From the NCBI GenBank assembly GCA_026387435.1, contig JAPLLS010000093.1, positions 1,059-65,058 on the forward strand: a stretch of DNA of 64,000 nt, read 5' to 3'. The DNA is from Candidatus Omnitrophota bacterium. Its GTDB lineage: Bacteria; Omnitrophota; Gorgyraeia; Gygaellales; Profunditerraquicolaceae. The position numbers and the translations under genes are program-made. Positions 18,444-28,649 of this stretch are shown in pieces (positions within the stretch are counted from its first letter, which is position 1; each line of letters starts with the position of its first letter). Under the pieces are notes generated by a model, which saw only the letters and a program-made list of their open reading frames with translations, had not been told where the DNA came from and made no database searches.

Positions 18444-19832
18444 ATGACCAAAGACGGTTTGCTGGATACAATTGCGGCTGTTGCTACATCTGTCGGAGTT
18501 GCCGGCATAGGAATCGTGCGCATCAGCGGAAAAGATGCCCTGGTTATCGCGGACAAGATCTTTGTGCCCCGGGACAAAACCAGGGTTTTTGATTTTAAGG
18601 CCTATACTTTGCATTACGGCTGGATTGTTCATCCCTCCGAAAAAACGATTGTGGACGAGGTTCTTCTTGGGGTTATGAGGGCTCCCCGAAGCTATACTCG
18701 CGAGGATGTAGTGGAGATCAATTGTCACGGTGGAATTGTCGCGGTCCGGGCGGTGCTGGAACTGGCCCTGGAAAACGGCTGCCGGCTGGCTAACCCTGGA
18801 GAGTTTACTAAAAGGGCTTTTTTAAACGGCAGGATCGATCTCTCTCAGGCGGAAGCGGTGTTGGATATTATTCAAGCCAAGACCGACGCGGCGCTAAAAC
18901 TGGGCTCAGAACAACTAAGGGGAACTTTATCCGCCGGGTTAAAAAAAATCCGCAAAATTATCCTGGACCAGCTGGTTGTCTTGGAGGCGAACATCGATTT
19001 TCCGGAAGAAGAAATTGGCTCTGCGGATTTAAGGATTATCCGCAAGAGATTGGGAGAGGCGAATTCCCTGCTCAAGGATCTATTGTATAGTTCCGGCCAG
19101 GGAAGAATAATGCGTGAGGGTATCAGTGTGGTTATTTGCGGAAAACCTAATGCCGGCAAATCCTCGCTTCTAAACGCCCTGCTTAAGCAGGAGCGCTCGA
19201 TCGTGACCGCCGTAGCCGGGACCACCCGGGATACTATCGAAGAAATAATCGATATCCAAGGAATTCCGGTGAGGATCGTTGATACCGCAGGCATCCTCGA
19301 ACCCCGCGATCTGGTGGAAAAAAAAGCGATCCAGAGGACCAAAAGATATATTGACCTGGCCGATCTGGTGATCGTCATTTTTGACGGCTCCCGGTCTCTT
19401 TCGGCCGATGACCGGTTGTTGATTAAAAGAGTGAAGAACAAATTGGCCTTGGCGGTGATCAATAAAATAGATCTTTTGCCCAAGATCAATGAGAAGGCGG
19501 TACAAGTTAATTTTAAACAGACGATCAGGATCTCGGCCAAGAAAATGCGCAATATCGGGCTCCTGGAAGAAGCGATTGCCGAGTTGGTCTATAAAGGCCG
19601 CTTGAGATCGACCGAATCAATACTGGTCAGCAATATCCGGCACATCGAGAAAATCAAAAAAGCGCAAAAATTAATTGCCGAATCGCTCTCTTCGCTGGAT
19701 AATAAGATATCTATTGAATTTGTCTCCCAGAATATAAAAGATGCCATCGGTTACCTGGATGATATTCTGGGAAAGAAGTTTTCCGAGGATCTGCTGGACA
19801 GGATTTTCAGCAGGTTTTGTATCGGCAAGTAA
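18444..19832 (+). CDS. mnmE: tRNA modification GTPase MnmE.
   Basis: GIVRISG..., VICGKPNAGKSSLLNAL and the C-terminal CIGK motif. The start is chosen at MTKDG (ATG 18444, with GAGG upstream), not the track's 18357, which overlaps folC. Confidence 0.85.
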   Translation: MTKDGLLDTIAAVATSVGVAGIGIVRISGKDALVIADKIFVPRDKTRVFDFKAYTLHYGWIVHPSEKTIVDEVLLGVMRAPRSYTREDVVEINCHGGIVAVRAVLELALENGCRLANPGEFTKRAFLNGRIDLSQAEAVLDIIQAKTDAALKLGSEQLRGTLSAGLKKIRKIILDQLVVLEANIDFPEEEIGSADLRIIRKRLGEANSLLKDLLYSSGQGRIMREGISVVICGKPNAGKSSLLNALLKQERSIVTAVAGTTRDTIEEIIDIQGIPVRIVDTAGILEPRDLVEKKAIQRTKRYIDLADLVIVIFDGSRSLSADDRLLIKRVKNKLALAVINKIDLLPKINEKAVQVNFKQTIRISAKKMRNIGLLEEAIAELVYKGRLRSTESILVSNIRHIEKIKKAQKLIAESLSSLDNKISIEFVSQNIKDAIGYLDDILGKKFSEDLLDRIFSRFCIGK

Positions 19833-19854
19833 GTTATTATAAATAGGAGAATAA

Positions 19855-20409
19855 ATGGATAAAAAGAAAATAGAAAAATCGGTCAAACTCTTGCTGGAAG
19901 CGATAGGCGAAGACCTTAATCGCCGGGATATTGCCGCTACTCCTAGAAGGGTTGCAGAGATGTACGAAGAAATCTTTTGGGGGTTGACTAAGGATCCGGC
20001 CAAGGAGCTGGAAGTTGTCCTCGATCAGAAACACAATGAGATTGTTCTCTTAAAGGATATCCCGCTCTACAGCATGTGCGAGCATCACCTGCTCCCTTTT
20101 ATAGGTAAAGCCCACGTTGCCTATATTCCCAAGAAAGGAAGGGTCACCGGCTTAAGCAAGCTCGCGCGCGTGGTGGAGATCCTTTCGCGCCGGCCGCAGG
20201 TCCAGGAACGCTTGACCACCCAGATCGCGGATATAATAATGTCAAAACTCAAGCCCCAGGGCTGCATGGTGGTTATAGAGGCGGAGCATTTGTGTATGTC
20301 GATGCGGGGGATCAAGAAACCCGGAATTCTGACCGTGACATCGGCGGTAAGAGGGATATTCCAGGAGAATGAGAAGACCCGTTCGGAAACCCTGTCTTTA
20401 ATGAAATAG
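19855..20409 (+). CDS. folE: GTP cyclohydrolase I.
   Basis: [21 protein letters not shown] is the active-site motif. The size is 184 aa. Confidence 0.9.
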   Translation: MDKKKIEKSVKLLLEAIGEDLNRRDIAATPRRVAEMYEEIFWGLTKDPAKELEVVLDQKHNEIVLLKDIPLYSMCEHHLLPFIGKAHVAYIPKKGRVTGLSKLARVVEILSRRPQVQERLTTQIADIIMSKLKPQGCMVVIEAEHLCMSMRGIKKPGILTVTSAVRGIFQENEKTRSETLSLMK

Positions 20410-20455
20410 GATAAAAAATGTTAATTTTATTTTAAATAATAGTATAATATAAATA

Positions 20456-20869
20456 ATGAAAGACAAGCATAGTTCAGAAGTGATTTATGCCCTGGCGGAC
20501 TACAAACAGCTGGTTCTGGCTTACCGGACCAAGCATTCGGAATTGATTAAATCTCTGACTTTCTGGAAAACCTCCGTTGTCTGGCTTTCGGTTTTTACGG
20601 GCTTGTTCGTTTTGGTGATGATCTCCTGGATGCTGGAAAACGGCAAAGAGTCAGAGAGCAGCAGAAAGAACATGGAAATCATTAATGCCCGGGCCAACGC
20701 CGTTTCCGAGAAACTGACCAGGATCGAAGATGAGTTTTCCCGGACCAAGGAGGAACTGAAGAAAAAAGAGGAACTGATCAGAAGTTTAGAGAAGAACATT
20801 TCGACGGCATCCAAGAAATTACTGGAAAAATTACTGGATGAACAGGAAGAAGCAGCAGCAACCAAGTAA
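20456..20869 (+). CDS. Hypothetical membrane-anchored coiled-coil protein.
   Basis: One transmembrane segment (VVWLSVFTGLFVLVMISWML) followed by a charged heptad-rich tail. No family was recognised. Confidence 0.4.
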   Translation: MKDKHSSEVIYALADYKQLVLAYRTKHSELIKSLTFWKTSVVWLSVFTGLFVLVMISWMLENGKESESSRKNMEIINARANAVSEKLTRIEDEFSRTKEELKKKEELIRSLEKNISTASKKLLEKLLDEQEEAAATK

Positions 20870-20886
20870 TATACCCGGAGGATATT

Positions 20887-21294
20887 GTGGCGGACAAGAT
20901 TTATAGCAGTGAGCAGCGCAGATTTAAACGGATAAAGATCAACCTTTCGGTTGTTTTTCGCCTGGCCCGGCCTGCGGCTATTCGCTTGTTGGTCGGCAAT
21001 AAGGAGGTCAGGGCCACGATGCTGGATTTAAGCGAGGGGGGGCTATCGGTATTGACCAATTATGATATCCCGAAATCCACGGCCCTGCTTATAAAATTCA
21101 CTTTATTTAAAGTTGAGAATGACGACGTGAGTTTCTACGGCCCCATGGAGATAATCGGAGAAGTCCGCTACAACATGCCGCTGGGCGGAAACGAATACCG
21201 CCTGGGGATTTACTATAAAAAGATAAAAAACCAGGATAAGATCGAAATCGCCAATTTTCTCAAGTTAAAAGCCGCGATGCACTTAACCCCGTAA
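20887..21294 (+). CDS. PilZ domain protein.
   Basis: QRRFKRIKINLSVVF...DLSEGGLSV follows the RxxxR...DxSxGG pattern of PilZ. It starts at a GTG. Confidence 0.6.
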   Translation: MADKIYSSEQRRFKRIKINLSVVFRLARPAAIRLLVGNKEVRATMLDLSEGGLSVLTNYDIPKSTALLIKFTLFKVENDDVSFYGPMEIIGEVRYNMPLGGNEYRLGIYYKKIKNQDKIEIANFLKLKAAMHLTP

Positions 21295-21410
21295 CCCTTC
21301 CCCCTCTGAAAACGCTTTCAAAAAAAACTGTTTTTGGTATTGTAATTACCCTTTTCATAAGGCATAATTATCTCAACGAACTCTTTAGCGCAAGCTTAAA
21401 TGTCCAATGT

Positions 21411-21755
21411 GTGAAAGGGGATATGTCATACGAGGATCGGCGCACTTATGAACGATTTCAGGTAGAAGTTCCCTTGGACTGCTCTGAAGAAAACTGCAAA
21501 GAAGAGCACAATCTCTGCGCTCACGATATAAGCGCGGAAGGTATGGGCGTTATTTCTGATAAGAAATTTCGTCCCGGAGCTGAAGTTAATATGTCGCTTC
21601 ATCTGCCAGGCTTCAACAAAGAATTAACCGCCCAGGGCAAAGTGATCTGGTCCGAAAAATCGGGAGACGGTTTCAGAGTAGGAATAAGTCTGGAGCAGAC
21701 CGGATTAATGGAAGTTTCGACCATCTTGCGCTTCCTGCGCACAAAGCCTTCCTAA
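21411..21755 (+). CDS. PilZ domain protein.
   Basis: DRRTYERFQVEVPLDC...DISAEGMGV matches the PilZ pattern. Confidence 0.6.
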   Translation: MKGDMSYEDRRTYERFQVEVPLDCSEENCKEEHNLCAHDISAEGMGVISDKKFRPGAEVNMSLHLPGFNKELTAQGKVIWSEKSGDGFRVGISLEQTGLMEVSTILRFLRTKPS

Positions 21756-21854
21756 AAAATCATTCCCAACTATATTTTAAAACGGTTCAATCTTTGCTCT
21801 TTAAGTATCTTTAATTTTCTGCTATAATTAATATCATTATCAAGGAGGCAGAGG

Positions 21855-22241
21855 ATGCTTAGAAAAGCGAGGATTTTGGTTATTGACGACGAAGAGGACA
21901 TCTGTCATTTCACCAAAAGTGTTTTAGAGCGGACAGGTAAATTTGAGGTGGCAGTTTCGACTGATTCCGCCAAGGGTATCGCCCTGGCTAAAACCAACCA
22001 ACCGGACCTGGTCATCCTGGATATCAATATGCCTGATATCGACGGGGGAGAGGTTGCCCAGACCCTTCACGAATTTAAATCAACCAGCGATATCCCGATA
22101 ATATTTCTTACCGGACTTCTGAAGAAAGAAGAGATAGAAAATAATTCCGGAAAAATCGGCGCGCATACTTATATCGCTAAACCCGCCAGCCCCCAGGAAC
22201 TTATCGAGAAGATCGAATCCGCACTAAAAATCAGGGATTAA
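21855..22241 (+). CDS. Single-domain response regulator (CheY-like receiver).
   Basis: ILVIDDEEDI...DLVILDINMPDIDG...IIFLTG...K is the receiver-domain pattern. Confidence 0.8.
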   Translation: MLRKARILVIDDEEDICHFTKSVLERTGKFEVAVSTDSAKGIALAKTNQPDLVILDINMPDIDGGEVAQTLHEFKSTSDIPIIFLTGLLKKEEIENNSGKIGAHTYIAKPASPQELIEKIESALKIRD

Positions 22242-23760
22242 CCCGGTCTAAACTCCGGTATTGTATCGCCTCGGAGATGTGCTCTGCTTGTATAATCTGC
22301 TTCCCGTCAAGATCAGTAATGGTCCTGCTTACTTTCAATATTTTGTTATAGGCCCGGGCAGACAGCCCTAATTCCGTCATTGCCGTTTTTAATAGTTCTT
22401 TAGCCGCTACTTCCAAAACACAGTATTTTTTAATTAACCGGTTGTGCATCTGGGCATTAGAGAATATTCCTTCGTTTTTGAACCGGGATCTTTGAATTTT
22501 CCGGGCAATTTCCACCCGGTTCTTGATCGCTGCCGAAGTTTCGGCGTCTTGAGTATCCGTGAGCTCTTTGTATTTAATCGAAGGCAATTCCACGTGAATG
22601 TCGATCCGGTCCAACAGCGGTCCGGAAATTTTAGCCATGTAATTCTGGATCTTAGTGGAGTTGCACCGGCAGGTTTTTTGAGTATCGGTGAAATATCCGC
22701 ACGGGCAGGGGTTCATGGCGCAGACCAGCATGAAATCAGACGGGAAAGTAAAAGATTTGTTTATTCTGGCTATCCGGATCTCGCCGTCTTCCATGGGCTG
22801 CCTTAGTGCTTCCAGGCAGTCACGTCTGAATTCCGGAAGCTCATCGAGGAATAATACTCCTTGGTGGGCCAGGCTTATTTCTCCGGGCTGTGGCATTGAT
22901 CCTCCTCCCACAAGCGCGGCACAAGAAATGGAGTGATGGGGCCACCTGAAAGGATGAACTGTCATTAATCCGTGTTCGGGCTGGATTTTGCCGCTGGCAG
23001 AATGGATTTTAGTTACTTCCAGAGCTTCTTCCAAGGATAAATCCGGCATGATCGTAGGGATCCTTTGGGCCAGCATAGTTTTCCCGCTTCCCGGAGGACC
23101 GATCATCAGCAGGTTGTGGCCACCGGCAACCGCCACTTCCAAGGCTCTTTTAGCGGCATATTGGCCTTTGATCTCCGAAAAATCTTCAACATAGAAGCGC
23201 TTGTCCTGCAATAATTCTTCCAGGTTGCTTTTAAAAGGAGCCAATCCTTCGTGGTTATTCAGAAATTCTACGGTTTGTTTTAAATTCTTCTGCGGCCAGA
23301 TTCGCAATCCGGAGATTATGGCGGCTTCTCTGGCGTTATCTAGCGGCAAGATAAGGTCTTTGGTTTGAGATTTAACCAGGGCCAGGCCTGTAGGAAGGAT
23401 CCCTTTGACCGGCCGTAACGATCCATCTAAGGATAATTCCCCCAGTATGCAAAAATCCCGCAGCCATTGCGGGTTAATCTGTTCCGAGGCAGCCAGGATT
23501 CCCAGGGCAATGGCCAGATCGATCCCGGTACCGTCCTTTTTGATATCTGAAGGAGCCAGGCTAATAGTGATTCTTTCTCCCGGCCATTTGAACCCGGAGT
23601 TTTTGATGGCGGGCTTAACCCGGACCTTGCTTTCTTTTACGGCGGGAGTGGCTAGCCCGACCAGGTTTACAACCGGCAGTCCCCAGGACACATCTACTTC
23701 AGCTTCAATAGGATATGCGTCTATTCCCATCAACCCGTAACTTAAAACCTTGGCTAACAT
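22231..23760 (-). CDS. comM: YifB/ComM-family Mg-chelatase-like AAA+ ATPase.
   Basis: N-terminal MLAKVLSYGLMGIDAYPIEAEVD, Walker A GPPGSGKT, a Cys-rich zinc motif and 509 aa. Confidence 0.85.
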   Translation of the reverse strand: MLAKVLSYGLMGIDAYPIEAEVDVSWGLPVVNLVGLATPAVKESKVRVKPAIKNSGFKWPGERITISLAPSDIKKDGTGIDLAIALGILAASEQINPQWLRDFCILGELSLDGSLRPVKGILPTGLALVKSQTKDLILPLDNAREAAIISGLRIWPQKNLKQTVEFLNNHEGLAPFKSNLEELLQDKRFYVEDFSEIKGQYAAKRALEVAVAGGHNLLMIGPPGSGKTMLAQRIPTIMPDLSLEEALEVTKIHSASGKIQPEHGLMTVHPFRWPHHSISCAALVGGGSMPQPGEISLAHQGVLFLDELPEFRRDCLEALRQPMEDGEIRIARINKSFTFPSDFMLVCAMNPCPCGYFTDTQKTCRCNSTKIQNYMAKISGPLLDRIDIHVELPSIKYKELTDTQDAETSAAIKNRVEIARKIQRSRFKNEGIFSNAQMHNRLIKKYCVLEVAAKELLKTAMTELGLSARAYNKILKVSRTITDLDGKQIIQAEHISEAIQYRSLDRVNP

Positions 23761-23913
23761 ATTTTCTCCTTATGTTTTATTTAGCTTCTACCTATAATAG
23801 ACGGCTAAATTCCAAAAATCTAACATAAATTTTAAAAATTTACCTTAAGTTTAAACTTAAAACTTGCTTTTTGGGTTTACTATTATATAATGATAAGATT
23901 AAGAGAGGGCGCT

Positions 23914-24534
23914 ATGAAGAATATCAAAGTTATTATAATCGCGGTCCTGGCGGGAATAACGTTTTTCTGCGTATATAAATATATCGCTTCGGTTCACGAA
24001 AACAATTCTTTGTCCGCCAACATTCGTCAGCTGAATATAGATGTTCAGGCTCTTGAAGGCGAAAAGAACGGGTTAGTCCAGGATTTCGGCCGGGAAAAAG
24101 AAATAAACAGCGCGCTTAACCAGGATATAACTGGTTTAAAAGATAGCTTAGATCAGAGCAAAGAAAGAATGGCGAAGCTTGAAACTGATTTTCAGGCTTC
24201 CCGGAAGACTATTGAGGATTTGAACTCGGAATTCTCCCTGGTGAAGGCGGAAAATACGGCTTTGCGGGATCAGGTTCAGGGGCTGCAGCTGGATATCAGC
24301 CAGGCTAAAGCGGAAAAAGAACAAATGCAGGTGCGGTTAAGTTCTGTAGCCGAGCTTAAGAAAGCTATTAGAGAACTTCGCCAGAAGGCTCGATTGGCTA
24401 AGAAACAAGTTCAGAATCGGATTAAGGCAATAGAGAAAATAATCTTGGGCAATAGCGGATTCTTAGTTAAAAACGGGAAGTCTACGCTTTCTGGAACAAT
24501 CAAAATTAAGGTAGAACCTTTACCGGGCAGTTGA
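23914..24534 (+). CDS. Hypothetical membrane-anchored coiled-coil protein.
   Basis: N-terminal transmembrane segment (IKVIIIAVLAGITFFCV) and a long heptad-rich region. The start may instead be at 23890. Confidence 0.4.
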   Translation: MKNIKVIIIAVLAGITFFCVYKYIASVHENNSLSANIRQLNIDVQALEGEKNGLVQDFGREKEINSALNQDITGLKDSLDQSKERMAKLETDFQASRKTIEDLNSEFSLVKAENTALRDQVQGLQLDISQAKAEKEQMQVRLSSVAELKKAIRELRQKARLAKKQVQNRIKAIEKIILGNSGFLVKNGKSTLSGTIKIKVEPLPGS

Positions 24535-24983
24535 TAATGCAAGAAATTTTTTCGCAGATGTACCGTAATAAGATTTTCATGGTTACCCTGTCCAGCTGGG
24601 TGATCGCTCAGTCCGTTAAGGTGGTGATCGGTGTTATTCAGGAGCGCAGATTTGATTTCCGCTGGTTTGTGGGGACCGGGGGAATGCCCTCCAGCCATTC
24701 TGCCGGCGCTTCCTGCCTGGCCACGGTCGTAGGCATTAACTATGGATTTGACAGCGTTTATTTCGCCCTGGCCGCAGCGTTTTCTATAGTAGTCATGTTC
24801 GATGCCCAAGGTGTGCGCCGGGCAACCGGAAGACAGGCCCGCATCCTCAACCGGATCATGGAAGACATTTATTGGAAAGGTAAGATCCAGGAAGGAAGGC
24901 TGCGTGAGCTTGTCGGTCATACCCCCCTGGAAGTGATCATGGGTTTTCTTTTAGGCATACTTATCGCGGTAATCGCTTATTAA
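24531..24983 (+). CDS. Divergent PAP2-family (DUF212) membrane protein.
   Basis: GGMPSSHSA...FDAQGVRR is the divergent PAP2 signature. Confidence 0.7.
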   Translation: MIMQEIFSQMYRNKIFMVTLSSWVIAQSVKVVIGVIQERRFDFRWFVGTGGMPSSHSAGASCLATVVGINYGFDSVYFALAAAFSIVVMFDAQGVRRATGRQARILNRIMEDIYWKGKIQEGRLRELVGHTPLEVIMGFLLGILIAVIAY

Positions 24984-25004
24984 TTCGGTAAAGGAGGATT
25001 TCCG

Positions 25005-25811
25005 GTGAATAAGAAACTGATTTTGATCATTGTCCCGGCAGCCGTTATCATTGCTGTTGCCGTTGTTTTTTATATGAACAGGGGCGGTTCGGTAGTGATC
25101 CAGCAGCCCCAGGTTTCCGCGCTTTCCGCTGACGCCAAGAAAATGGAGGAAGGCGGCGACCTGGTTTCCGCCAGGGCCGCTTATCAGAAACTGATCAATG
25201 ATTATTCCAACTCCCGGGAAGTTATGGACTGGCAGAAGAGGTTCGAGGATTTGAATATCAGGCTGTTGTTCTCCCCGGTCATCACTTCGAAGTCGATAGA
25301 ATACGAGATCAAACCCGGGGATTCCCTGGATAAGATCGCCAGAGAGTACAAGACTACAGTTGAATTAATAATGAAGAGCAACAATCTTTCCAGTGAGAAT
25401 ATCTTCCCGGGGAAAAAGATCAAGGTCTGGACCGCGCCTTTTAGCATCGTAGTGGACAAATCTCAGAATACCCTGATCTTAAAAAGCAATGAAGAAGTAA
25501 TCAAAACCTACATCGTGGCCACCGGGCTGAACAATTCTACGCCCGTGGGGACTTTTAAAATTATCGAAAAAATCGTTAATCCGCCCTGGTACAAGCCGGG
25601 GGGAGGGATGATTCCCGCCGGGAACCCCCAGAATATCCTGGGCGCCCGCTGGCTGGGCCTGGATAAAGAAGGTTATGGTATCCACGGCACAACCGACCCG
25701 CAGAGTCTCGGTAAACAGGCTACTGCCGGATGCGTTCGTATGCTCAATGCCGAAGTGGAACAGCTATACAGTATCGTCCCCAAAGGCACGGAAGTGACGA
25801 TTGTAGATTAA
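25005..25811 (+). CDS. LysM domain-containing L,D-transpeptidase (YkuD family).
   Basis: The LysM domain is YEIKPGDSLDKIAREYKTTVELIMKSNNL. The catalytic region is HGT...GCVRM. There is an N-terminal transmembrane segment, a GTG start and an AAAGGAGGA Shine-Dalgarno sequence. Confidence 0.75.
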   Translation: MNKKLILIIVPAAVIIAVAVVFYMNRGGSVVIQQPQVSALSADAKKMEEGGDLVSARAAYQKLINDYSNSREVMDWQKRFEDLNIRLLFSPVITSKSIEYEIKPGDSLDKIAREYKTTVELIMKSNNLSSENIFPGKKIKVWTAPFSIVVDKSQNTLILKSNEEVIKTYIVATGLNNSTPVGTFKIIEKIVNPPWYKPGGGMIPAGNPQNILGARWLGLDKEGYGIHGTTDPQSLGKQATAGCVRMLNAEVEQLYSIVPKGTEVTIVD

Positions 25812-25833
25812 CCCTAACAATTAAAATAGACAT

Positions 25834-26799
25834 ATGGCCGGACTTGATTTCGAAAAACCGATTGTTGATCTGGAAAAAAAGATCCAAGAGCTCCAGAATT
25901 TCTCCAAAGAGAAGCACGTTGACCTCTCTTTGGAGGTAAAAAAACTCCAAGGTAAACTGGAGGGGCTCAAAAAAGATATCTATGCTAACCTATCTCCCTG
26001 GCAGAAAGTTCAGATCGCCCGCCATCCGCAGCGCCCGTATACCATGGATTATATTTCTTTGATCATGACCGATTTTATCGAATTGCACGGGGACCGGTTG
26101 TTTGCCGACGATAAGGCTCTGGTGGGAGGATTAGCTAAGATCGGGGATATTAAAGTGCTGGTTATGGGTCACCAGAAAGGCCGCGATATCAAAGAGAATC
26201 TTAAGCGGAACTTCGGTTGCGCTCATCCCGAAGGGTACCGTAAAGCTCTTCGCCTTATGCAAATGGCTCAGGATTTTAGCTTGCCGATAGTGGTTTTCAT
26301 CGATACTCCCGGCGCATACCCGGGAATAGGCGCGGAAGAGCGCGGCCAGGCTCAGGCGATCGCCACCAATTTAAGAGAAATGATCTCTATTTCAACGCCC
26401 ATTATTTCCATAATAATCGGCGAGGGGGGCTCAGGCGGAGCTTTGGGTGTCGCTATTGCCGACAAGGTCTGCGTTTTGGAAAACGCTTATTATTCTGTTA
26501 TCTCTCCTGAGGGCTGCGCGGCTATCCTTTGGAAAGACAGCTCTAAGGCTCCGGAAGCCGCGGAGGCGCTGAAATTAACCGCCCAGGACCTGCTGAAAAT
26601 GGGACTGATCGACGAGATCGCTCCCGAGCCTCAGGGCGGAGCCCACCGTGACCCTCAGAAAATGGCCCAAACGCTCAAAGAGGTAATCCTGGAAAACCTC
26701 AAAGAGTTATCTAAAGAAAAAAAAGAAGAGCTTCTCAAGTCCCGGTACAATAAATTCCGGGCCATGGGGCAAATCGGCCCGGCTTCTCCCGCCCAATAA
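25834..26799 (+). CDS. accA: Acetyl-CoA carboxylase carboxyltransferase alpha subunit.
   Basis: PQRPYTMDYI, IDTPGAYPGIGAEERGQ and 321 aa. Confidence 0.9.
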   Translation: MAGLDFEKPIVDLEKKIQELQNFSKEKHVDLSLEVKKLQGKLEGLKKDIYANLSPWQKVQIARHPQRPYTMDYISLIMTDFIELHGDRLFADDKALVGGLAKIGDIKVLVMGHQKGRDIKENLKRNFGCAHPEGYRKALRLMQMAQDFSLPIVVFIDTPGAYPGIGAEERGQAQAIATNLREMISISTPIISIIIGEGGSGGALGVAIADKVCVLENAYYSVISPEGCAAILWKDSSKAPEAAEALKLTAQDLLKMGLIDEIAPEPQGGAHRDPQKMAQTLKEVILENLKELSKEKKEELLKSRYNKFRAMGQIGPASPAQ

Positions 26800-26846
26800 C
26801 CATCTCCGTAATTCCTATTTATTAAATCCCGATAACCTAAAAAAAC

Positions 26847-26875
26847 TTGACAAAAGTAATTAATGTGGTATATTT
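26847..26875 (+). promoter_or_regulatory. Sigma70-like promoter for the marR-efflux operon. An AT-rich palindrome, possibly an operator, lies downstream.
   Basis: TTGACA (26847-26852), a 16-17-nt spacer, then an extended -10 tgGTATATT. The palindrome TTAAT-A-ATTAA sits near 26900, just before the Shine-Dalgarno sequence. Confidence 0.45.
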
Positions 26876-26922
26876 TTAATAGAATTGATAGTTAAGTATA
26901 TTAATAATTAAGGAGGTTTAAG

Positions 26923-27381
26923 ATGACTCCTATACCTATAACCGAATTCGCCGATAAGCTTAGTAAGTTGATGCCGGAGATCGCCAGGGGCACTCTCCGG
27001 CGCGAGGCGTTTGAATTGTCCAGCGGGCACATAACTTTGCCGCAATTCGTTATCTTAAATATGCTGGATAGAGAAGAGGAGCTTCGGATGACGGATATTG
27101 CCCGCGCTCTGGGAGTGACTACCGCGGCGGCCACGGGCATTGTCGACAGGCTGGTGAAATCTTCCTACGCGCAACGCGTTTATGACGCCAATGACAGAAG
27201 GATAATCAAGATCCGGCTCAGCCTTAAAGGCCGGGATCTGGTTCAGAGGGTCAATAAACATAAAAAGCAGAATATAATCGAGATATTCGGCAAGATCCCT
27301 TCCGAAGACCGTGACAGTTTTCTTAAAATACTGATGAAGGTTCACGAGATCGTGACCCAGGACAAGGAACCAGCTAAATAA
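26923..27381 (+). CDS. MarR-family transcriptional regulator.
   Basis: A winged-helix region (ITLPQFVILNML...LTDIARALGVTTAAATGIVDRLV) and 152 aa. Confidence 0.8.
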   Translation: MTPIPITEFADKLSKLMPEIARGTLRREAFELSSGHITLPQFVILNMLDREEELRMTDIARALGVTTAAATGIVDRLVKSSYAQRVYDANDRRIIKIRLSLKGRDLVQRVNKHKKQNIIEIFGKIPSEDRDSFLKILMKVHEIVTQDKEPAK

Positions 27382-28649
27382 TGAAGAAAATCATTATTTT
27401 TTCAATCGCGGTTTTTTTTATTCTATTTTCTGTTCTCGCTTTAAGGGCGGAAGAGATCTCTTTGTCTTTAGATGAGGTGGTGAGTATCGCTCTTCGGGAT
27501 AATCCGGATGTCCGGCTCAAGGTTGAAGATGTTAAGAAGGCCAAGGCTAAGATCAACGAGGCCAGGTCAGCGCTGTTTCCTTCTTTAAACCTCGGCGCAG
27601 GATGGAGTGATACTCGGGGATTATATTCCAAAGACGTGAGCGGATTTTCCGGCCAGGCCGGAGTAAGCCAGGTTATTTATGCGGGCGGTCGAGTGATTAA
27701 CACCATCAAAGCCGGAGAGGATAATTATCTGGCAACCCAAGCGGTGCTGGATAAAGCCAAACTCGATACGGTGGCTAGCGTCAAACAAGCCTATTATACC
27801 ATTTTACTGGCGGAGAAACTGGCAGGAATCAATAAGGCGATAGTCGAGAATACCAGGGAGCACCAGGAATTTATCCAGGCGCGCTATTTGGCGGGCCAGG
27901 TTTCCGAATCTGAATCGATCAAGATGCGTTCGGCTCTGGCCGGTGTAGTCCAGGCGTATGAAGCGGCATTGAACCAACTTGAATCATCCCGGGCGTTACT
28001 GAATAATCTGCTCTTCTTGGATAACCAGATACAGATCGATCTATCGGGCGATTTTAGTTACTCGCCTTTAGAGGTTGTTTACGATGAGGCTTTTTTGAAA
28101 GCTTTACGATCTCGTCCGGAGATCCGCCAATTGGAAGCCCAGAAAAATGCCGCGGGAAAGAATGTCGAGATCGCCAAGTCCGGGAACCGGCCGCAGGTGG
28201 CCGCTGCCTGGGATTATTACAGCAATTCTCGCCAGCCCAGTACCGCCGCCCGCAATCAGAATGATTACAATGTCCTGGGGGTCAGCGTCAGCTGGCCGGT
28301 CTTCGACGGAAGATTGACCCGTTCCAAGGTGGAGCAGGCGATCATTGATCTAAAAGAAATGCAGTTATTGAAAGAAAAGGCGGTCAGGGACATCGTCCTG
28401 GAATTAAAGACCGCTTACCTGGCGCTTAAAGACGCCATCGAGAAAACCAGATCTGTTGCCGAGGAAGTCGCGGTTTACAAAGATAACCTTTCGGTCATCG
28501 AAGAAAAACATAAATCAGGAATAGTTAGCGGCCTTGACCTGCACGACGCCCAATTAAGCTGCAGCGTGGCTTTATTCGGCCAGGCTCAGGCGGATTACGA
28601 CTATCTCATAGCTAAAGCGCGGTTCGAAAGGGCCGTAGGAGGAAAATAA
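27381..28649 (+). CDS. TolC-family outer membrane efflux protein.
   Basis: A signal peptide and two repeated OEP domains (e.g. ...LPSLNLGAGWS...), 422 aa. It is immediately followed by the adaptor and the RND pump. Confidence 0.8.
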   Translation: MKKIIIFSIAVFFILFSVLALRAEEISLSLDEVVSIALRDNPDVRLKVEDVKKAKAKINEARSALFPSLNLGAGWSDTRGLYSKDVSGFSGQAGVSQVIYAGGRVINTIKAGEDNYLATQAVLDKAKLDTVASVKQAYYTILLAEKLAGINKAIVENTREHQEFIQARYLAGQVSESESIKMRSALAGVVQAYEAALNQLESSRALLNNLLFLDNQIQIDLSGDFSYSPLEVVYDEAFLKALRSRPEIRQLEAQKNAAGKNVEIAKSGNRPQVAAAWDYYSNSRQPSTAARNQNDYNVLGVSVSWPVFDGRLTRSKVEQAIIDLKEMQLLKEKAVRDIVLELKTAYLALKDAIEKTRSVAEEVAVYKDNLSVIEEKHKSGIVSGLDLHDAQLSCSVALFGQAQADYDYLIAKARFERAVGGK